Assembly (NCBI GenBank): GCA_021158725.1
Contig: JAGGUB010000044.1
Span: forward strand, 71,533-135,532
Reading direction: 5' to 3'
Origin: a candidate division WOR-3 bacterium
GTDB taxonomy: Bacteria > Hydrothermota > UBA3073 > NMUJ01
Length of the DNA stretch: 64,000 bases
Part shown: piece by piece, positions 10,701-20,728 of the stretch
Numbering within the stretch: position 1 is the stretch's first letter
How the letters are laid out: each line of letters begins with the position of its first letter
The notes under the pieces: model-generated
Seen by the model: only the letters and a program-made list of their open reading frames with translations
The model's database searches: none
What the model was told of the DNA's origin: nothing
Translations under genes and position numbers: made by a program

Positions 10701-10928
10701 ACTAAACGCTACGAACCTACCATCGGGTGAAAACTTGGGGTTGGATTCGAACCCCTCATCTGAGGTCAATCTCCTGGCAATACCACCGGTATCGGGTACC
10801 AACCACAGATCGCCACCGTATTCGAAGACAATAGTATGGTTACAAATATCGGGAGCTGATAGCAATAGTGTACTATCTCCATATGGGCTACTTACTAAGA
10901 GAAGTGGGAACACCAGTAGCCAGCTCAT
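7776..10928 (-). CDS. Tricorn-protease homologue (beta-propeller domains + PDZ + S41 peptidase)
   Basis: A signal peptide (MSWLLVFPLLLVSSPYG) follows the RBS AAAGGAGG. The N-terminal half has TolB/WD40-like propeller repeats (FSPDG, WSPDG, WSPDS). The C-terminal half has an S41 active-site region (NGGGW..., CIINEYAGSGGDMF). I placed the start at the internal ATG (10928), not the track's 11015. Confidence 0.8.
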   Translation of the reverse strand: MSWLLVFPLLLVSSPYGDSTLLLSAPDICNHTIVFEYGGDLWLVPDTGGIARRLTSDEGFESNPKFSPDGRFVAFSGHYDADNFDVYVIPVDGGPPLRLTYHPASDRVIGWTHDGNHVLFISRRTHWCQPRLYRVSLEGGLPEELPLPVVYWASFSPDGNKVAFNRRPARLGWRNYRGGQVPDVWIYDFDRDTAYRVTDWEGTDICPLWYKDKIYFLSDRDGKLNIYCYDTNTGVIRKVTDHQDFDVELPSLGGSKIVYQCGGTLWVLDLTTERYHRLKIKVPDDYKFVRPRYEDVSTLVDWFDISPHAKRAVLVARGDIFTVPKEKGPVRNITCTAGTRERYAVWSPDGEWIAYLSDESGEYEIYIRKADGTGDATRITYDGECYRWPLVWSPDSKKLLYSDSKLRLFYVDIDNKKPVLVDTSAVDYIWSYCWSPDSRWLAYIKQNDNWYGSVYLYSVETKESYKITTDLYDDDEVCFDPSGKYLYFISSRTFTPARGDFGELRVYPATQNICLITLQADIPSPFLPKSDEEIPEEEKEEPEEPEKKPPENIEIDPEGISQRVVAVPIPAGNYSGLAATENKIFYLERTDFTSRKHKYNLHVYDIENQKDHVLIEGIDGYRVSEDGKYVLYKADNTFGIIEVNDTQYSVGDGKLKTDKLRLKVDPRQEWCQMLHEAWRLERDFFYDTNMHGVDWHGLYEIYSKFLPYAADRYDLNYLIAGMLRELGASHTYVWGGKLPQKEVKVGLLGVDFELDPTTGFYKFKKIYKGENWQEKRRAPLTEPGVMVKEGEYLIKVEGQLVRYPDNPYKYFENTVDKQVRLEVNDKPIVKGTRTVVVKPISLGNELELRYLDWVETNRHKVETATNGRVGYIHVPNTATWGLKEFGKYFFAQSNKEGLIIDVRYNGGGWSPAMFMDYLQRRPLGEFVSRVGQPSIDPFVKFHGKLVCIINEYAGSGGDMFPYYFRELGLGPLIGNRTWGGLIGCWGWQLMDGGYITVPVGRFRDLKGNWVIENEGVTPDIPVDDRPDLLTKGYDPQLEKAIEVILQKLRE

Positions 10929-10978
10929 GGTACCTCCTTTACTAAAATTTACGACAAATCGTGGTTGCCAATAGTGAG

Positions 10979-12970
10979 CTACTCGTAACGTAGGGCCTCG
11001 ACTGGATCCATGCATGCAGCTTTACGTGCGGGGTACATGCCAAAGAATATACCCACAGTGACTGCAAACATAAACGCAAGCAAGACAGAGCTGAACGTAA
11101 CCACCGATTGGCCACCACCCCATAACCGAGGTGGCCCAAACATACCTGCACCTACCATCAAATTGCCAATCGTATTAGCGAATAGTGTACCCAACAATAT
11201 ACCTATTATGCCACCCGTAACCGATAGCATGGTTGATTCTATCAGAAACTGTATCATGATATCACGTCGACGTGCACCCACCGCTTTACGTAAACCTATC
11301 TCACGTGTACGTTCGGTTACTGAGACCAACATTATGTTCATTATACCGATACCGCCAACAATTAGCGATATAGCTGCTATACCTGCAAGCATTATTTTGA
11401 ACGTACCAACAGTTTTCTCGATGGTTTGACGAAACTCTTCCTGGCTGCGGATGGCGAAATCCTCAACCTTGTTGTGTCTATCAAGTAACAATTGACGTAC
11501 CTGCTGGCTGGCAGTGTCTGCCAGATTGGGTTTGGATTGCACCAATATCATCTGTACCCTATCGTCACCTGTGAACCGTTTCTGCATCGTAAGTATGGGG
11601 ACGAAAATCTGGTCGTCAAACCTTAGCCACCCAAATGCTCCCTTTTCCTGCATCACACCAACAACTGTGAAACGCTCACCTTCTAACTTGATCTCTTTAC
11701 CTATGGGGTCTTCGTCACCAAATAGTTCCTTCTTGACATTCTTGCCAAGTACACAGATTTTGGCCCAACTCTCGAGATCGTCTTCGTTGATGAACCTACC
11801 ATATTCTGGCCAATGGTTACGTATCATCTGATATTCTGGGGTGGTACCTATAACCTCAGCCTCGTATTCGTTATCAAGGTACCGGGCAACCACATTACGT
11901 CGTATTTCGGGTGCTACATAGTCGACAGCTGTACATTTAGCCTTGATAGCTATGGCATCTGCATAGGTGAGCCCTCTGGATCTGCCACGCCACTCGAGTG
12001 CCTCCTCTTTGGTCCTTGGTGGCATATTGAATACCATGACTACATTGGCACCAAGTTTCTCGATCTCTGTTGTTATGTGGCGTTTGGCACCTTCACCGAC
12101 ACCGAGCATACCGATGACAGCGGCTACACCTATCACGATACCAAGCACCGTAAGCAATGACCGTAACCTGTTGTGTAGTATTGCACGATAGCCGGAAACC
12201 AACCCCGTAAGTAAGCTACCCAGGAAGCTGCTGTTTTTGGGATGGCTAACAGGTTTGTTATTCCCTACATATATTTTATGTGAACGTAATCGCTCATCTT
12301 TCTCTATTTTGCCATCCCTTATGTGTAGCACCCTATCTGCGTAGCTGGCAACTTCAGGATCGTGTGTCACAACGATTACGGTTTTACCTTGCTCATGTAA
12401 GGATTTGAATGTTGACATTACCTCTCTACCGGATTGTGAGTCCAAGTTACCAGTGGGCTCATCGGCTAACAGTATCTCGGGATCGTTCACCAACGCACGT
12501 GCGATAGCTACCCGTTGTTGTTCACCACCTGAGAGTTCATTTGGATAATGGTATGTACGTGCTTTCAAACCTACCGCTTCAAGTGCAAGCCTTGCACGTG
12601 ACTTACGTTCGTCACCACTTACACCTGAGTATAGCATGGGGAGTTCGACATTATCGAGTGCAGTCATCCTCGGTAGTAAATTGAACAACTGGAAAACGAA
12701 CCCTATACGTTGGTTACGGATGAGGGCCAGCTCGTTATCATCAAGGGTATTCACCAACCGTCCATCAAGATAATACTCGCCGGATGTGGGACGTGCCAAA
12801 CATCCCAATATATGCATGAGTGTGGTCTTACCTGAACCTGAAGGCCCCATTATCGAAACGAACTCACCACGTTCGATATCAAACGATACCTCACGTAGGG
12901 CTATAACCTCAAGCTTACCGATACGATAGATTTTGGTTACCTTGTTCACATGGATGAGTGGCTTCTTCAT
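10979..12970 (-). CDS. macB: MacB-type ABC exporter (N-terminal ATPase fused to FtsX-like permease)
   Basis: Walker A (GPSGSGKTT), signature ([12 protein letters not shown]) and Walker B (LLADEPT) are present. They are followed by a large periplasmic domain and 4 TM helices of the FtsX type. Confidence 0.85.
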   Translation of the reverse strand: MKKPLIHVNKVTKIYRIGKLEVIALREVSFDIERGEFVSIMGPSGSGKTTLMHILGCLARPTSGEYYLDGRLVNTLDDNELALIRNQRIGFVFQLFNLLPRMTALDNVELPMLYSGVSGDERKSRARLALEAVGLKARTYHYPNELSGGEQQRVAIARALVNDPEILLADEPTGNLDSQSGREVMSTFKSLHEQGKTVIVVTHDPEVASYADRVLHIRDGKIEKDERLRSHKIYVGNNKPVSHPKNSSFLGSLLTGLVSGYRAILHNRLRSLLTVLGIVIGVAAVIGMLGVGEGAKRHITTEIEKLGANVVMVFNMPPRTKEEALEWRGRSRGLTYADAIAIKAKCTAVDYVAPEIRRNVVARYLDNEYEAEVIGTTPEYQMIRNHWPEYGRFINEDDLESWAKICVLGKNVKKELFGDEDPIGKEIKLEGERFTVVGVMQEKGAFGWLRFDDQIFVPILTMQKRFTGDDRVQMILVQSKPNLADTASQQVRQLLLDRHNKVEDFAIRSQEEFRQTIEKTVGTFKIMLAGIAAISLIVGGIGIMNIMLVSVTERTREIGLRKAVGARRRDIMIQFLIESTMLSVTGGIIGILLGTLFANTIGNLMVGAGMFGPPRLWGGGQSVVTFSSVLLAFMFAVTVGIFFGMYPARKAACMDPVEALRYE

Positions 12971-14127
12971 CTACGTATACCACGTGATGATGGTCTCCTG
13001 TATTGGCCCAATGACGTTGGTAACCCTATCATTGGTTGCAGGAGCACTGTATCGCCTTCGGATAGACCATGTTTGATCTCAACGTTAACGTCATCCTCCA
13101 ACCCTGTAACTACTGGTTGTAGATGTGGTGTACCATGGTGTAGCACTTTTACGAATTTGTGGCCATCACGTTCGATGATAGCAGTTTTAGGTACCAGCAA
13201 CACGTTATGAGCTTCACCTACGATTATATCGATATCGGCTGTCATACCGGGTTTGATTAGCGAATCTGCATCAAGTATATCAACCTCTACAGGATATACG
13301 ACGATGTTCTGTTCGACTGTACCGGTGGGTGATATCTTTCTTACTTTTCCATGGTAGACTTTACCACGTATGGCATCGAACCCAATCCGTACAGGGTGGC
13401 CAACCTTCACTTTAGCTACGTCTATTTCGTTGAGCTTGGCCTTAACTATCATCTTACTCAAATCCGCTATAGTCATAAGTACGGTACCGCCACCATACGT
13501 GCGTGTACCAGAGGTGATCATCTCACCTTCTTCGACGTTTAGATTTATTACGACACCGGATACAGGTGACTTGATCGCTATCAAAGTAACTTCGTTAGCT
13601 GTAAGTTCTTCTGGGTTGATATCAGCACCACCAAGTAATAGCTTAAGCTGACGTTTGGCTAACTCATAGTTGATTTTACAATCTTCATAGAGTTTTTCAG
13701 CATCCTCAACCTCCTTTTTGGCGATGAAGCCTTTCTCGAACAGCGTACGCTTGCGCTCCAGATCGCGGTGTGCGGATTCGAGTTCCAGCTTCGTACGTTG
13801 TAGGGTAGCCCATGCGGTGGCTACCTGTTGTGATTGTGTAGCTTCCAGTTGTATGATTGCGAGTGTATCACCGGGCTCCACTACGGTACCTTCATCTACA
13901 AGTAGGGATTTGATCTCACCGGCGAAATCGGACTTGATGTTGACCATGGTTAGTGGTTCAACCCTACCGCTTTCTGTTACTTTAAGGATGATAGAGCCAC
14001 GTTTAGCGATGGCTTGGGATAATTTTAATTTATCCATCGCGGTGTCATGATGACGTGCTTTCCACAGTACCAAGCCCACAACTATTACCACGATTGCGGC
14101 AATCACTGCAAACAGCCTATTGCGCAT
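12967..14127 (-). CDS. macA: Periplasmic adaptor (HlyD/MacA family membrane fusion protein)
   Basis: An N-terminal TM anchor is followed by a coiled-coil hairpin ([19 protein letters not shown]...) and lipoyl/beta-barrel motifs. The start overlaps the tolC stop and the stop overlaps the macB start. Confidence 0.8.
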   Translation of the reverse strand: MRNRLFAVIAAIVVIVVGLVLWKARHHDTAMDKLKLSQAIAKRGSIILKVTESGRVEPLTMVNIKSDFAGEIKSLLVDEGTVVEPGDTLAIIQLEATQSQQVATAWATLQRTKLELESAHRDLERKRTLFEKGFIAKKEVEDAEKLYEDCKINYELAKRQLKLLLGGADINPEELTANEVTLIAIKSPVSGVVINLNVEEGEMITSGTRTYGGGTVLMTIADLSKMIVKAKLNEIDVAKVKVGHPVRIGFDAIRGKVYHGKVRKISPTGTVEQNIVVYPVEVDILDADSLIKPGMTADIDIIVGEAHNVLLVPKTAIIERDGHKFVKVLHHGTPHLQPVVTGLEDDVNVEIKHGLSEGDTVLLQPMIGLPTSLGQYRRPSSRGIRR

Positions 14128-15461
14128 TAATCCTCCAGCTTATAAGGTAATTGTCCCATAGCAACTGCCAACCTGGACTTAGCAATAAGATAATCATATA
14201 TTGCATTCGTATAGCTTAGCTTGCTATCAAGTAGCGTAATACTGGCATCTATGACCTCAGTTATGGGTGCGATACCTGCTCTGTAGCGACCAAGTGCTAT
14301 GTCGTAGCTTAGCTGTGCGGCTTTAAGTTGCTTGCGGGTGAGCTCGATCTTCTTCAACCCCGTCACCATATCCACGTATGCGAGTTGTACCTCAAGTATA
14401 GCGGAACGTTTCAGTTTATCGTACTCTAAGCGTGAGTTGTCAAGATAAAGGGAGGCCATCTTTATGGCATGCCAGGTTTTACCGGCATCAAATATTGGGA
14501 AACTCAACCCCAGGGATATGGACCAATCACTATATCTGTTGAGATTGGTACGGGTTACTGGTATACCATCGAATACGAATCTATCTGCGGTAAGATGATA
14601 ACTACCTGTGATTGTTAAGTAGGGCAACCTTTCCAACCATGCAAGTTTTAGGTTATAAACGTTACTCATGATATCAGATTGCGCCCTGAGCAGGTCAGGA
14701 CGTTCCTTTAGTGCAATAGCAATACAAGAGTCTATGCTGGGTGGCTGTTCCTCTATGGATTCAACCTGTTTGATCTTTATTGGGTAATCCAGATCTATAC
14801 CTAAAGCATCGTTTAACTCCATACGGGCGAGTTCAAGCTGCCCTTTGGCTTGGGTGAGGTCAACCTCAGCACGTGTAACTTCTACCTCAGCCTTCAATAC
14901 ATCGGATTTGGGTGCAAGCCCAAGCTCAAACCTTGTGCGGGCAAGTTCAAGCTGCTGCTTCTTTTGGGTGAGATTCTCCTCGTACAGTTTGAGCATAGCC
15001 TGTGACTTAAGTAAGTTAAAATACTTACGTATGAGGTTAAGTATGACTGTTTGCTCGGTATTGCGATAGATTTGTCGCTGTATAGCGAGTGAATTGCGTG
15101 CTTGGGCAATATTTATCAGGTTCCTGCCACTATTGAATGGTGTGAGTGTGGCGTTGATACCCAGATTGTAATGGTTGGGTGTCCACTCCAGCCTGTTATA
15201 TACATTGTTGAGGTCGTAGCTACCCGATAGCTGTATGGTGGGTGCAATGGCTGTTTTCATATCCTGTAGGTTAAGCTCCGCCACACGTAGGTTGTTACGT
15301 GCTATACGTAGGTCGGGTGAATTATTTAGCGCTATTTCGATACATTCCGTAAGTGTGAGCGTATCGTTTAGGGTAGAATCCGCACGTAATGGGTAGCTAT
15401 AAAGCAATAGTATACAGATCGATACACTTGCCCATCCTCTGCGTACGATATGATTCCACAT
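14127..15461 (-). CDS. TolC-family outer-membrane efflux protein
   Basis: It has a signal peptide and the duplicated OEP repeats with coiled-coil heptads. It is the first gene of the macAB operon. RBS GGAGGTAAC. Confidence 0.8.
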   Translation of the reverse strand: MWNHIVRRGWASVSICILLLYSYPLRADSTLNDTLTLTECIEIALNNSPDLRIARNNLRVAELNLQDMKTAIAPTIQLSGSYDLNNVYNRLEWTPNHYNLGINATLTPFNSGRNLINIAQARNSLAIQRQIYRNTEQTVILNLIRKYFNLLKSQAMLKLYEENLTQKKQQLELARTRFELGLAPKSDVLKAEVEVTRAEVDLTQAKGQLELARMELNDALGIDLDYPIKIKQVESIEEQPPSIDSCIAIALKERPDLLRAQSDIMSNVYNLKLAWLERLPYLTITGSYHLTADRFVFDGIPVTRTNLNRYSDWSISLGLSFPIFDAGKTWHAIKMASLYLDNSRLEYDKLKRSAILEVQLAYVDMVTGLKKIELTRKQLKAAQLSYDIALGRYRAGIAPITEVIDASITLLDSKLSYTNAIYDYLIAKSRLAVAMGQLPYKLED

Positions 15462-15540
15462 GTTACCTCCTTATACTCAAAAATAAGACGTAATTTAATT
15501 TAAAAAGTTGTATCTTTTCGTGACACGTTACATGGTGAGC

Positions 15541-16533
15541 TCACGTGACGATATCCCTCAATAGACTTGCTGCTTCTTCTGGTGGTATCGGATTTATGTA
15601 TATACCGGAACCGAGTTCAAACCCAGCCGGGCCAGCTGTACGTACAAGTATTTCAATATACCAGTGGAGATGTTCAACGTTCTCCTGACCTACGGGTGCG
15701 GTTTTGATTATCAAATTATAGGATGGTTGATGCATAAGCTTATGTAACTTACGGAATGTTGTGGATATAGCGGTAGCAAGTGCGGGTAGCTCATCATCAC
15801 GCAAATCGAACCCTGCATGATGACGTAGCGGTACTATCCATGTCTCAAATGGCATACGTGCAGCAAATGGTTCTAACACAACGAAATGTTCGTTACACAA
15901 GATTATGCGGGTGCCAAGGTCGAGCTCGTGTTTGATATAATCACACACTACGCAGGTGCCAAATGCATCACAGTAGCGACGCGCTTCGTAGAAGCTGTTT
16001 CTCAATCCAGCAGGTACGATTGGTGTTGCTATTATCTGTGAATGTGGATGCAATAACGATGTACCTGCTAACGGGCCATAGTTACGAAATATTGTGACAA
16101 GGTCGATCTTTGGGTGTAATTTGGTCAACTCCCGATATCGTACAAGATATGCAGTTAATATGTTCTCTATCTCATGTAACGAATAGGTTGCCAGTGTCTT
16201 GTTATGCTTGCGTGATTCGATTACCACTTCAGCGATACCATAACCTGATATTGAGACAAAATTACCGTCTATCCGTCGGTGAGGTGTACCAGCTTCGCTG
16301 CATGGTGCGTATTTATTGGGTACCACACGTAGGACCCACTTACCAGCTTCTTTTAGCTCATAAATTGTGTGCTCATGTTCGCTTACACCACCAGGACAGA
16401 ACGGGCAGTTTGGATCGTATTCTTTTAACTCAGGCAACGTGAAGGTGAGACTAACCTCATGTGGTCTACCCCTGCGTTCAGGTGCGATAATCACCCACTC
16501 ACGTGTGACTACATTTTGACGATATTCTGACAT
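15541..16533 (-). CDS. galT: Galactose-1-phosphate uridylyltransferase-like (HIT superfamily, GalT family)
   Basis: It has a CPFCPG zinc motif and the HPH active-site motif (LLHPHSQIIATP). 330 aa. Confidence 0.6.
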   Translation of the reverse strand: MSEYRQNVVTREWVIIAPERRGRPHEVSLTFTLPELKEYDPNCPFCPGGVSEHEHTIYELKEAGKWVLRVVPNKYAPCSEAGTPHRRIDGNFVSISGYGIAEVVIESRKHNKTLATYSLHEIENILTAYLVRYRELTKLHPKIDLVTIFRNYGPLAGTSLLHPHSQIIATPIVPAGLRNSFYEARRYCDAFGTCVVCDYIKHELDLGTRIILCNEHFVVLEPFAARMPFETWIVPLRHHAGFDLRDDELPALATAISTTFRKLHKLMHQPSYNLIIKTAPVGQENVEHLHWYIEILVRTAGPAGFELGSGIYINPIPPEEAASLLRDIVT

Positions 16534-17204
16534 TATTCAAGCTTACCGTCACATACCTTGATACATACCCCACAGATGTATTGCCCGATACCTCGTATAC
16601 CGGCAAACTTTTTAAGCTGTGCTAAACATCTATCTTTGTCCCAACCTTTCTCACTCAGTGCACCTGCTGGACACGCATCTATACATTTACGGCAGGTGCC
16701 ACAACTGCCATCAACCGGTATGTCGGTTTTGAGAGGTAGGTTAGTCAATATCGTTGCATAGCGTACCTGTGCACCAAACTTGGGGTTAACTAACAGGCCT
16801 GACTTACCTATCCAACCATGGCCTGCAAGGTATGCAACCTGTTTATGTGATATGTGGCCAACTTGTGCTTCCCAGTCCACGGTTTGGCTTGCTGGAATGG
16901 CAAGTGCGTCACCTCCCAGCTGCTGTATCAATGTGACTAACCGCTCTGCAGTTTGGTCGAGTATCCAGTTGACAGTTTTGTAATGATGTTTGTAGATTAG
17001 TGTAGGCTTATCTTTTATTGTCGCCAGCACACGCGGTGATAACCTATATCCGATAGATATACCATATGGTAAATCCCTTATCGCTGTACGTATCTCAGGG
17101 TGGGGGTTAAGTTCTACACCGGTGAGGTTCGCTACACCGAACAAGGTCATACCATGTTTGAGTGCTTCAGCTTTTAGTAACTCGTAATTCTTCTCTTTAT
17201 CCAT
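16533..17204 (-). CDS. Short QueG-like 4Fe-4S protein (epoxyqueuosine-reductase-related)
   Basis: Two Cys-rich ferredoxin-type motifs (CGTCRKCIDACP, CGVCIKVCD) follow a DUF1730-like N-terminus. At 223 aa it is shorter than canonical QueG. Confidence 0.45.
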   Translation of the reverse strand: MDKEKNYELLKAEALKHGMTLFGVANLTGVELNPHPEIRTAIRDLPYGISIGYRLSPRVLATIKDKPTLIYKHHYKTVNWILDQTAERLVTLIQQLGGDALAIPASQTVDWEAQVGHISHKQVAYLAGHGWIGKSGLLVNPKFGAQVRYATILTNLPLKTDIPVDGSCGTCRKCIDACPAGALSEKGWDKDRCLAQLKKFAGIRGIGQYICGVCIKVCDGKLE

Positions 17205-19212
17205 CAGCTTGCGGGTTGGTCGATCTTTCCTTACTCTGTAGGAAATAATAGACCTCTTCTATCGAATGTGTGACCTTAACCTTAGGTAGTGAACGCCAAA
17301 ATTTCTTACCATACGGGCGTGCCATTATACGGGTATCAAGTATAGCTACCACACCGTAGTCGGATTCACGACGTATGAGACGACCTACCCCTTGACGTAG
17401 CTTCATTATCGCCTGTGGTAGCTGGTACTTCCAGAACGGGTTATCACCTTGGGATTGGAGCAGCTCAATCTTTGCTTGTACAATGGGTGAATCTGGTACC
17501 TTAAACGGTAACCGCGTTATGATCAACATAACGAGTGATGGCCCAGGTAGGTCGATACCTTGCCAGTATGTATCAGCACCGAACAACACACCACCAAGCT
17601 CTTGCATGCTGGTGAGCAACCCGGTACGACTTCTGTCACCCTGTTTCATGAGCGTTTGCTGTAGGGTAGCGGGTAACCTCGATAACGTGAGCGAATAGAC
17701 CTTATCCATGGTGTCAAGATTGGTAAATAACACGAGTGCTTTGCCATGTGATAGCTTGATGAGTTTGGTCACCTCATTCGCAACAAATTCCAGATAACCG
17801 GGTTGGTCGGGTTCAACCCCGTATTTTGGTACATATACGAGCATATTGTGGTAGTAATCAAACGGCGATGGTAGGACAAGGTCGACTGTATTGTCAAGCC
17901 CTACGGTGGATTTCCAGTATCCAAGGTTATTGTCGACTGCAAGTGTAGCTGATGTGAATATTATCGGGATATCACGTTGCCACAATGACTCACGTAAGTG
18001 CGGTGCTATATCCAGAGGTGCGGTGTGTAGTTCAACCTTCACACCATCACGTCTCGTCGATGAACGTACCTCAACCCAATACACGGTTGCGGTGAGGGTT
18101 TGCTCCATGAAGCAAGACAGTTCATAGCGCCAGCTATCGAACCGCATTATATAGCGGGATTTGAGTTCATGCTCCTCAGGGGTGTTGACTTGTAGCTCCT
18201 TCAATGCATTGATGAGCTCATCGAGTGTATCCAACAGCATTGTACCCATTCTAAGTGGTGCTGTCACCCTATGTGTACCGTAGCCAAATGAAGTTGCTAT
18301 TTCATGGAATAGCTGTGTGTTGGTGGATTCGACTTTCGTAACTATGGGGACGAGCTCATGATACGGTAGGTCGCGTATCAATAACCTCAAATTATAGGGT
18401 AGCTGAAAATTAGTGAGCCTTATACCGAAGTACTCGACCGCTACAGATTCAAGGTTATGCGCTTCGTCGATCACCAGCACATCGTAATGTGGTAGAAGTG
18501 CACCCCCTATTTTTAGGTCAGCAAACAGCAAATGATGGTTCAATATAATGAGATTACTCTGACGCCAAACACGTTTGGCACGTTCGTAGTAACACATATC
18601 GCGAAACTTGCACTTTTTGCCTGCACATAGCTCAGGTATTTTGGCGATCTCGTCAAAATATGTAGCTTCAAGTTTGGTGGCGATAGACTCAAACTCCTCA
18701 CGTAATCCCGTATCTGTGGTGGCTATCCATTTACTGAGCTTTTCATATATTCTCGGTGGTAATTCGCCAGCTGATAGTTTGTTCCAACGTCTTAGACATA
18801 GATAGTTATTAGCACCCACTGCAAGGCTTACTGTGAAGTCACCCAACACACGTTTGACCCAGGGTATATCATGATGTAGTATCTGATGTTGAAGTGTTTT
18901 GGTAAATGTTGCGATGACACCTACTTTGCCATTATCGAGTACCCAGTTCACAACGGGTAGCAGGTACGCGAACGTCTTACCTATGCCGGTGCCAGCTTCG
19001 ATGACGAGTTTGGATGATGTCTCCAAAGCACTCTCTATGTGGTCGGCCAGCTCGAGTTGTCCCATCCGCTCCTTGTAGTTCGGGAATATGTGAGATAGCT
19101 TGGCGAACAGCTCACGTACGGTGGGTGAGATTAGCGCCACCTCAGTATGCGGCCGATACGATGCCATCGTATTTTTTTCCAAAATATGTATGCGGGTAGG
19201 TCGGGTCGCCAT
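17197..19212 (-). CDS. dinG: DinG/Rad3-family ATP-dependent DNA helicase
   Basis: Walker A (AGTGIGKT), DEAH (VIDEAHNLE) and a 4-Cys Fe-S insert (CAGKKCKFRDMCYY) are present. The start is ambiguous (TTG 19221, ATG 19212, ATG 19167), and every option overlaps lepB. Confidence 0.75.
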   Translation of the reverse strand: MATRPTRIHILEKNTMASYRPHTEVALISPTVRELFAKLSHIFPNYKERMGQLELADHIESALETSSKLVIEAGTGIGKTFAYLLPVVNWVLDNGKVGVIATFTKTLQHQILHHDIPWVKRVLGDFTVSLAVGANNYLCLRRWNKLSAGELPPRIYEKLSKWIATTDTGLREEFESIATKLEATYFDEIAKIPELCAGKKCKFRDMCYYERAKRVWRQSNLIILNHHLLFADLKIGGALLPHYDVLVIDEAHNLESVAVEYFGIRLTNFQLPYNLRLLIRDLPYHELVPIVTKVESTNTQLFHEIATSFGYGTHRVTAPLRMGTMLLDTLDELINALKELQVNTPEEHELKSRYIMRFDSWRYELSCFMEQTLTATVYWVEVRSSTRRDGVKVELHTAPLDIAPHLRESLWQRDIPIIFTSATLAVDNNLGYWKSTVGLDNTVDLVLPSPFDYYHNMLVYVPKYGVEPDQPGYLEFVANEVTKLIKLSHGKALVLFTNLDTMDKVYSLTLSRLPATLQQTLMKQGDRSRTGLLTSMQELGGVLFGADTYWQGIDLPGPSLVMLIITRLPFKVPDSPIVQAKIELLQSQGDNPFWKYQLPQAIMKLRQGVGRLIRRESDYGVVAILDTRIMARPYGKKFWRSLPKVKVTHSIEEVYYFLQSKERSTNPQADG

Positions 19213-19808
19213 GATAGCCAAATGATTAGCGGCCTACCTAAGAGATACCGTACGGGTAATGGGCCCCAAAAGCGTGAATCGTATGAGTTGTCACGGTTAT
19301 CACCCATCACAAATATGCAACCCTTTGGCACAACGACAGGGCCAAAGTTGTCCCTCACCCCTATGTAACGCTTGAAATCACCGTGTTCCCAATGTTCCTG
19401 GTAGTTAGGTATTCTAAATGGTGGGTATACGATGGGATCGTTGAATTTAACATAGGGCTCATCCAGCAGTTTACCGTTTAGGTAGACCTTTTTGTCACGT
19501 ATCTCGATGGTGTCACCCTCTACCGCTATGCAGCGTTTGACTATATTGCGACGCTCAAACGGTGACCTGAATATTACGATTTGGCCACGTTGGGGTTTGG
19601 GTTGCCACCAAGGTGTTATACAAGTGAGTACAAATGGTAACTTCACTCCATAATCGAACTTAGTGGCAAACAGGAAATCGCCTACAAGTAGGGTGTCCTC
19701 CATTGACGGCGATGGTATGCGATAAGGTTCGATGATGAAAAACCGTATCACCAACACTATCAAGATGGGTGGACCCCAATCTTTCAGAATTTTCTTGAAC
19801 CTCTGCAT
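19131..19808 (-). CDS. lepB: Signal peptidase I
   Basis: It has the catalytic Ser box (PSPSMEDTL), the Lys box (KRCIAVEGD) and GDNRDNSYDSR. Confidence 0.85.
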   Translation of the reverse strand: MQRFKKILKDWGPPILIVLVIRFFIIEPYRIPSPSMEDTLLVGDFLFATKFDYGVKLPFVLTCITPWWQPKPQRGQIVIFRSPFERRNIVKRCIAVEGDTIEIRDKKVYLNGKLLDEPYVKFNDPIVYPPFRIPNYQEHWEHGDFKRYIGVRDNFGPVVVPKGCIFVMGDNRDNSYDSRFWGPLPVRYLLGRPLIIWLSWRPDLPAYIFWKKIRWHRIGRILRWR

Positions 19809-19892
19809 TGATGGAGTTTAAAATAATTGAAATATAATGGGGTCAATCACAATTATTCAGAATTAGGACCCAGGATTTAATATTTCCACTGA

Positions 19893-20018
<126 letters not shown>

Positions 20019-20046
20019 ATATAAAGATAATCACTGTCGATAAACG

Positions 20047-20721
20047 TCAACCCATATGTGCAAGCGGTGGATGCAAGTATAGGGGTTCGAGCTTCTTTAT
20101 ATCGTCGAGCGTACCACGTTCGTATTTTAGCTTACCTAACCATGCGATGGTTGCACCTCTTGGTGCGATAGGGTTGGGTGTTATGAAATGTGCACGGTTG
20201 CCCATAAGGTTTGTAAGCTCCCCCCTATAAATGGTGGCACCATCACCCACGAATATGTACTCACCGGATTTGATACGGTTGAGGAAATCCTTCACCTTAT
20301 CGACTTCATACCTTGTAATGCGTTCACCATCCTGGTATATTGCATAGAATACATCGCCACGTTTGCCATCAACTATGGGTACGATGGGGTACTTGGCGAG
20401 TTGCACCTCCATAGCCAGTCCATCAAGCGACCCTATCCCCACAATTGGTTTATTGAGTGCAAATGCCAATCCTTTAACTGTTGCCACCCCTATACGTAGG
20501 CCAGTGAATGCGCCTGGACCCAATCCCACTGCGAACAGGTCAATTTCCTTTATTTTAACGTCTGCATCCTCCATCAACCTATGTATTGCGATTATTAATT
20601 TCTCGGAATAGAACTGCCCGAAATCCACGTAATGGTCGAACACAACATGATCACCATCTATGAGGCCAACCGATACTTGGGTTGATGATGTATCTACACC
20701 GAGCACTTTACGGGCTTCCAT
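20047..20721 (-). CDS. tsaB: tRNA threonylcarbamoyladenosine biosynthesis protein TsaB
   Basis: It has a YeaZ-type N-terminus (LGVDTSSTQVSVGL) and lacks the Kae1 metal site. 224 aa. Confidence 0.8.
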   Translation of the reverse strand: MEARKVLGVDTSSTQVSVGLIDGDHVVFDHYVDFGQFYSEKLIIAIHRLMEDADVKIKEIDLFAVGLGPGAFTGLRIGVATVKGLAFALNKPIVGIGSLDGLAMEVQLAKYPIVPIVDGKRGDVFYAIYQDGERITRYEVDKVKDFLNRIKSGEYIFVGDGATIYRGELTNLMGNRAHFITPNPIAPRGATIAWLGKLKYERGTLDDIKKLEPLYLHPPLAHMG

Positions 20722-20728
20722 TTTGCGT

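Noticed and set aside
10929-11015. N-terminal 29-codon extension of the tricorn-protease ORF
   Set aside because: The extension lacks an RBS and overlaps macB. A perfect AAAGGAGG plus ATG at 10928 directly precedes the signal peptide.
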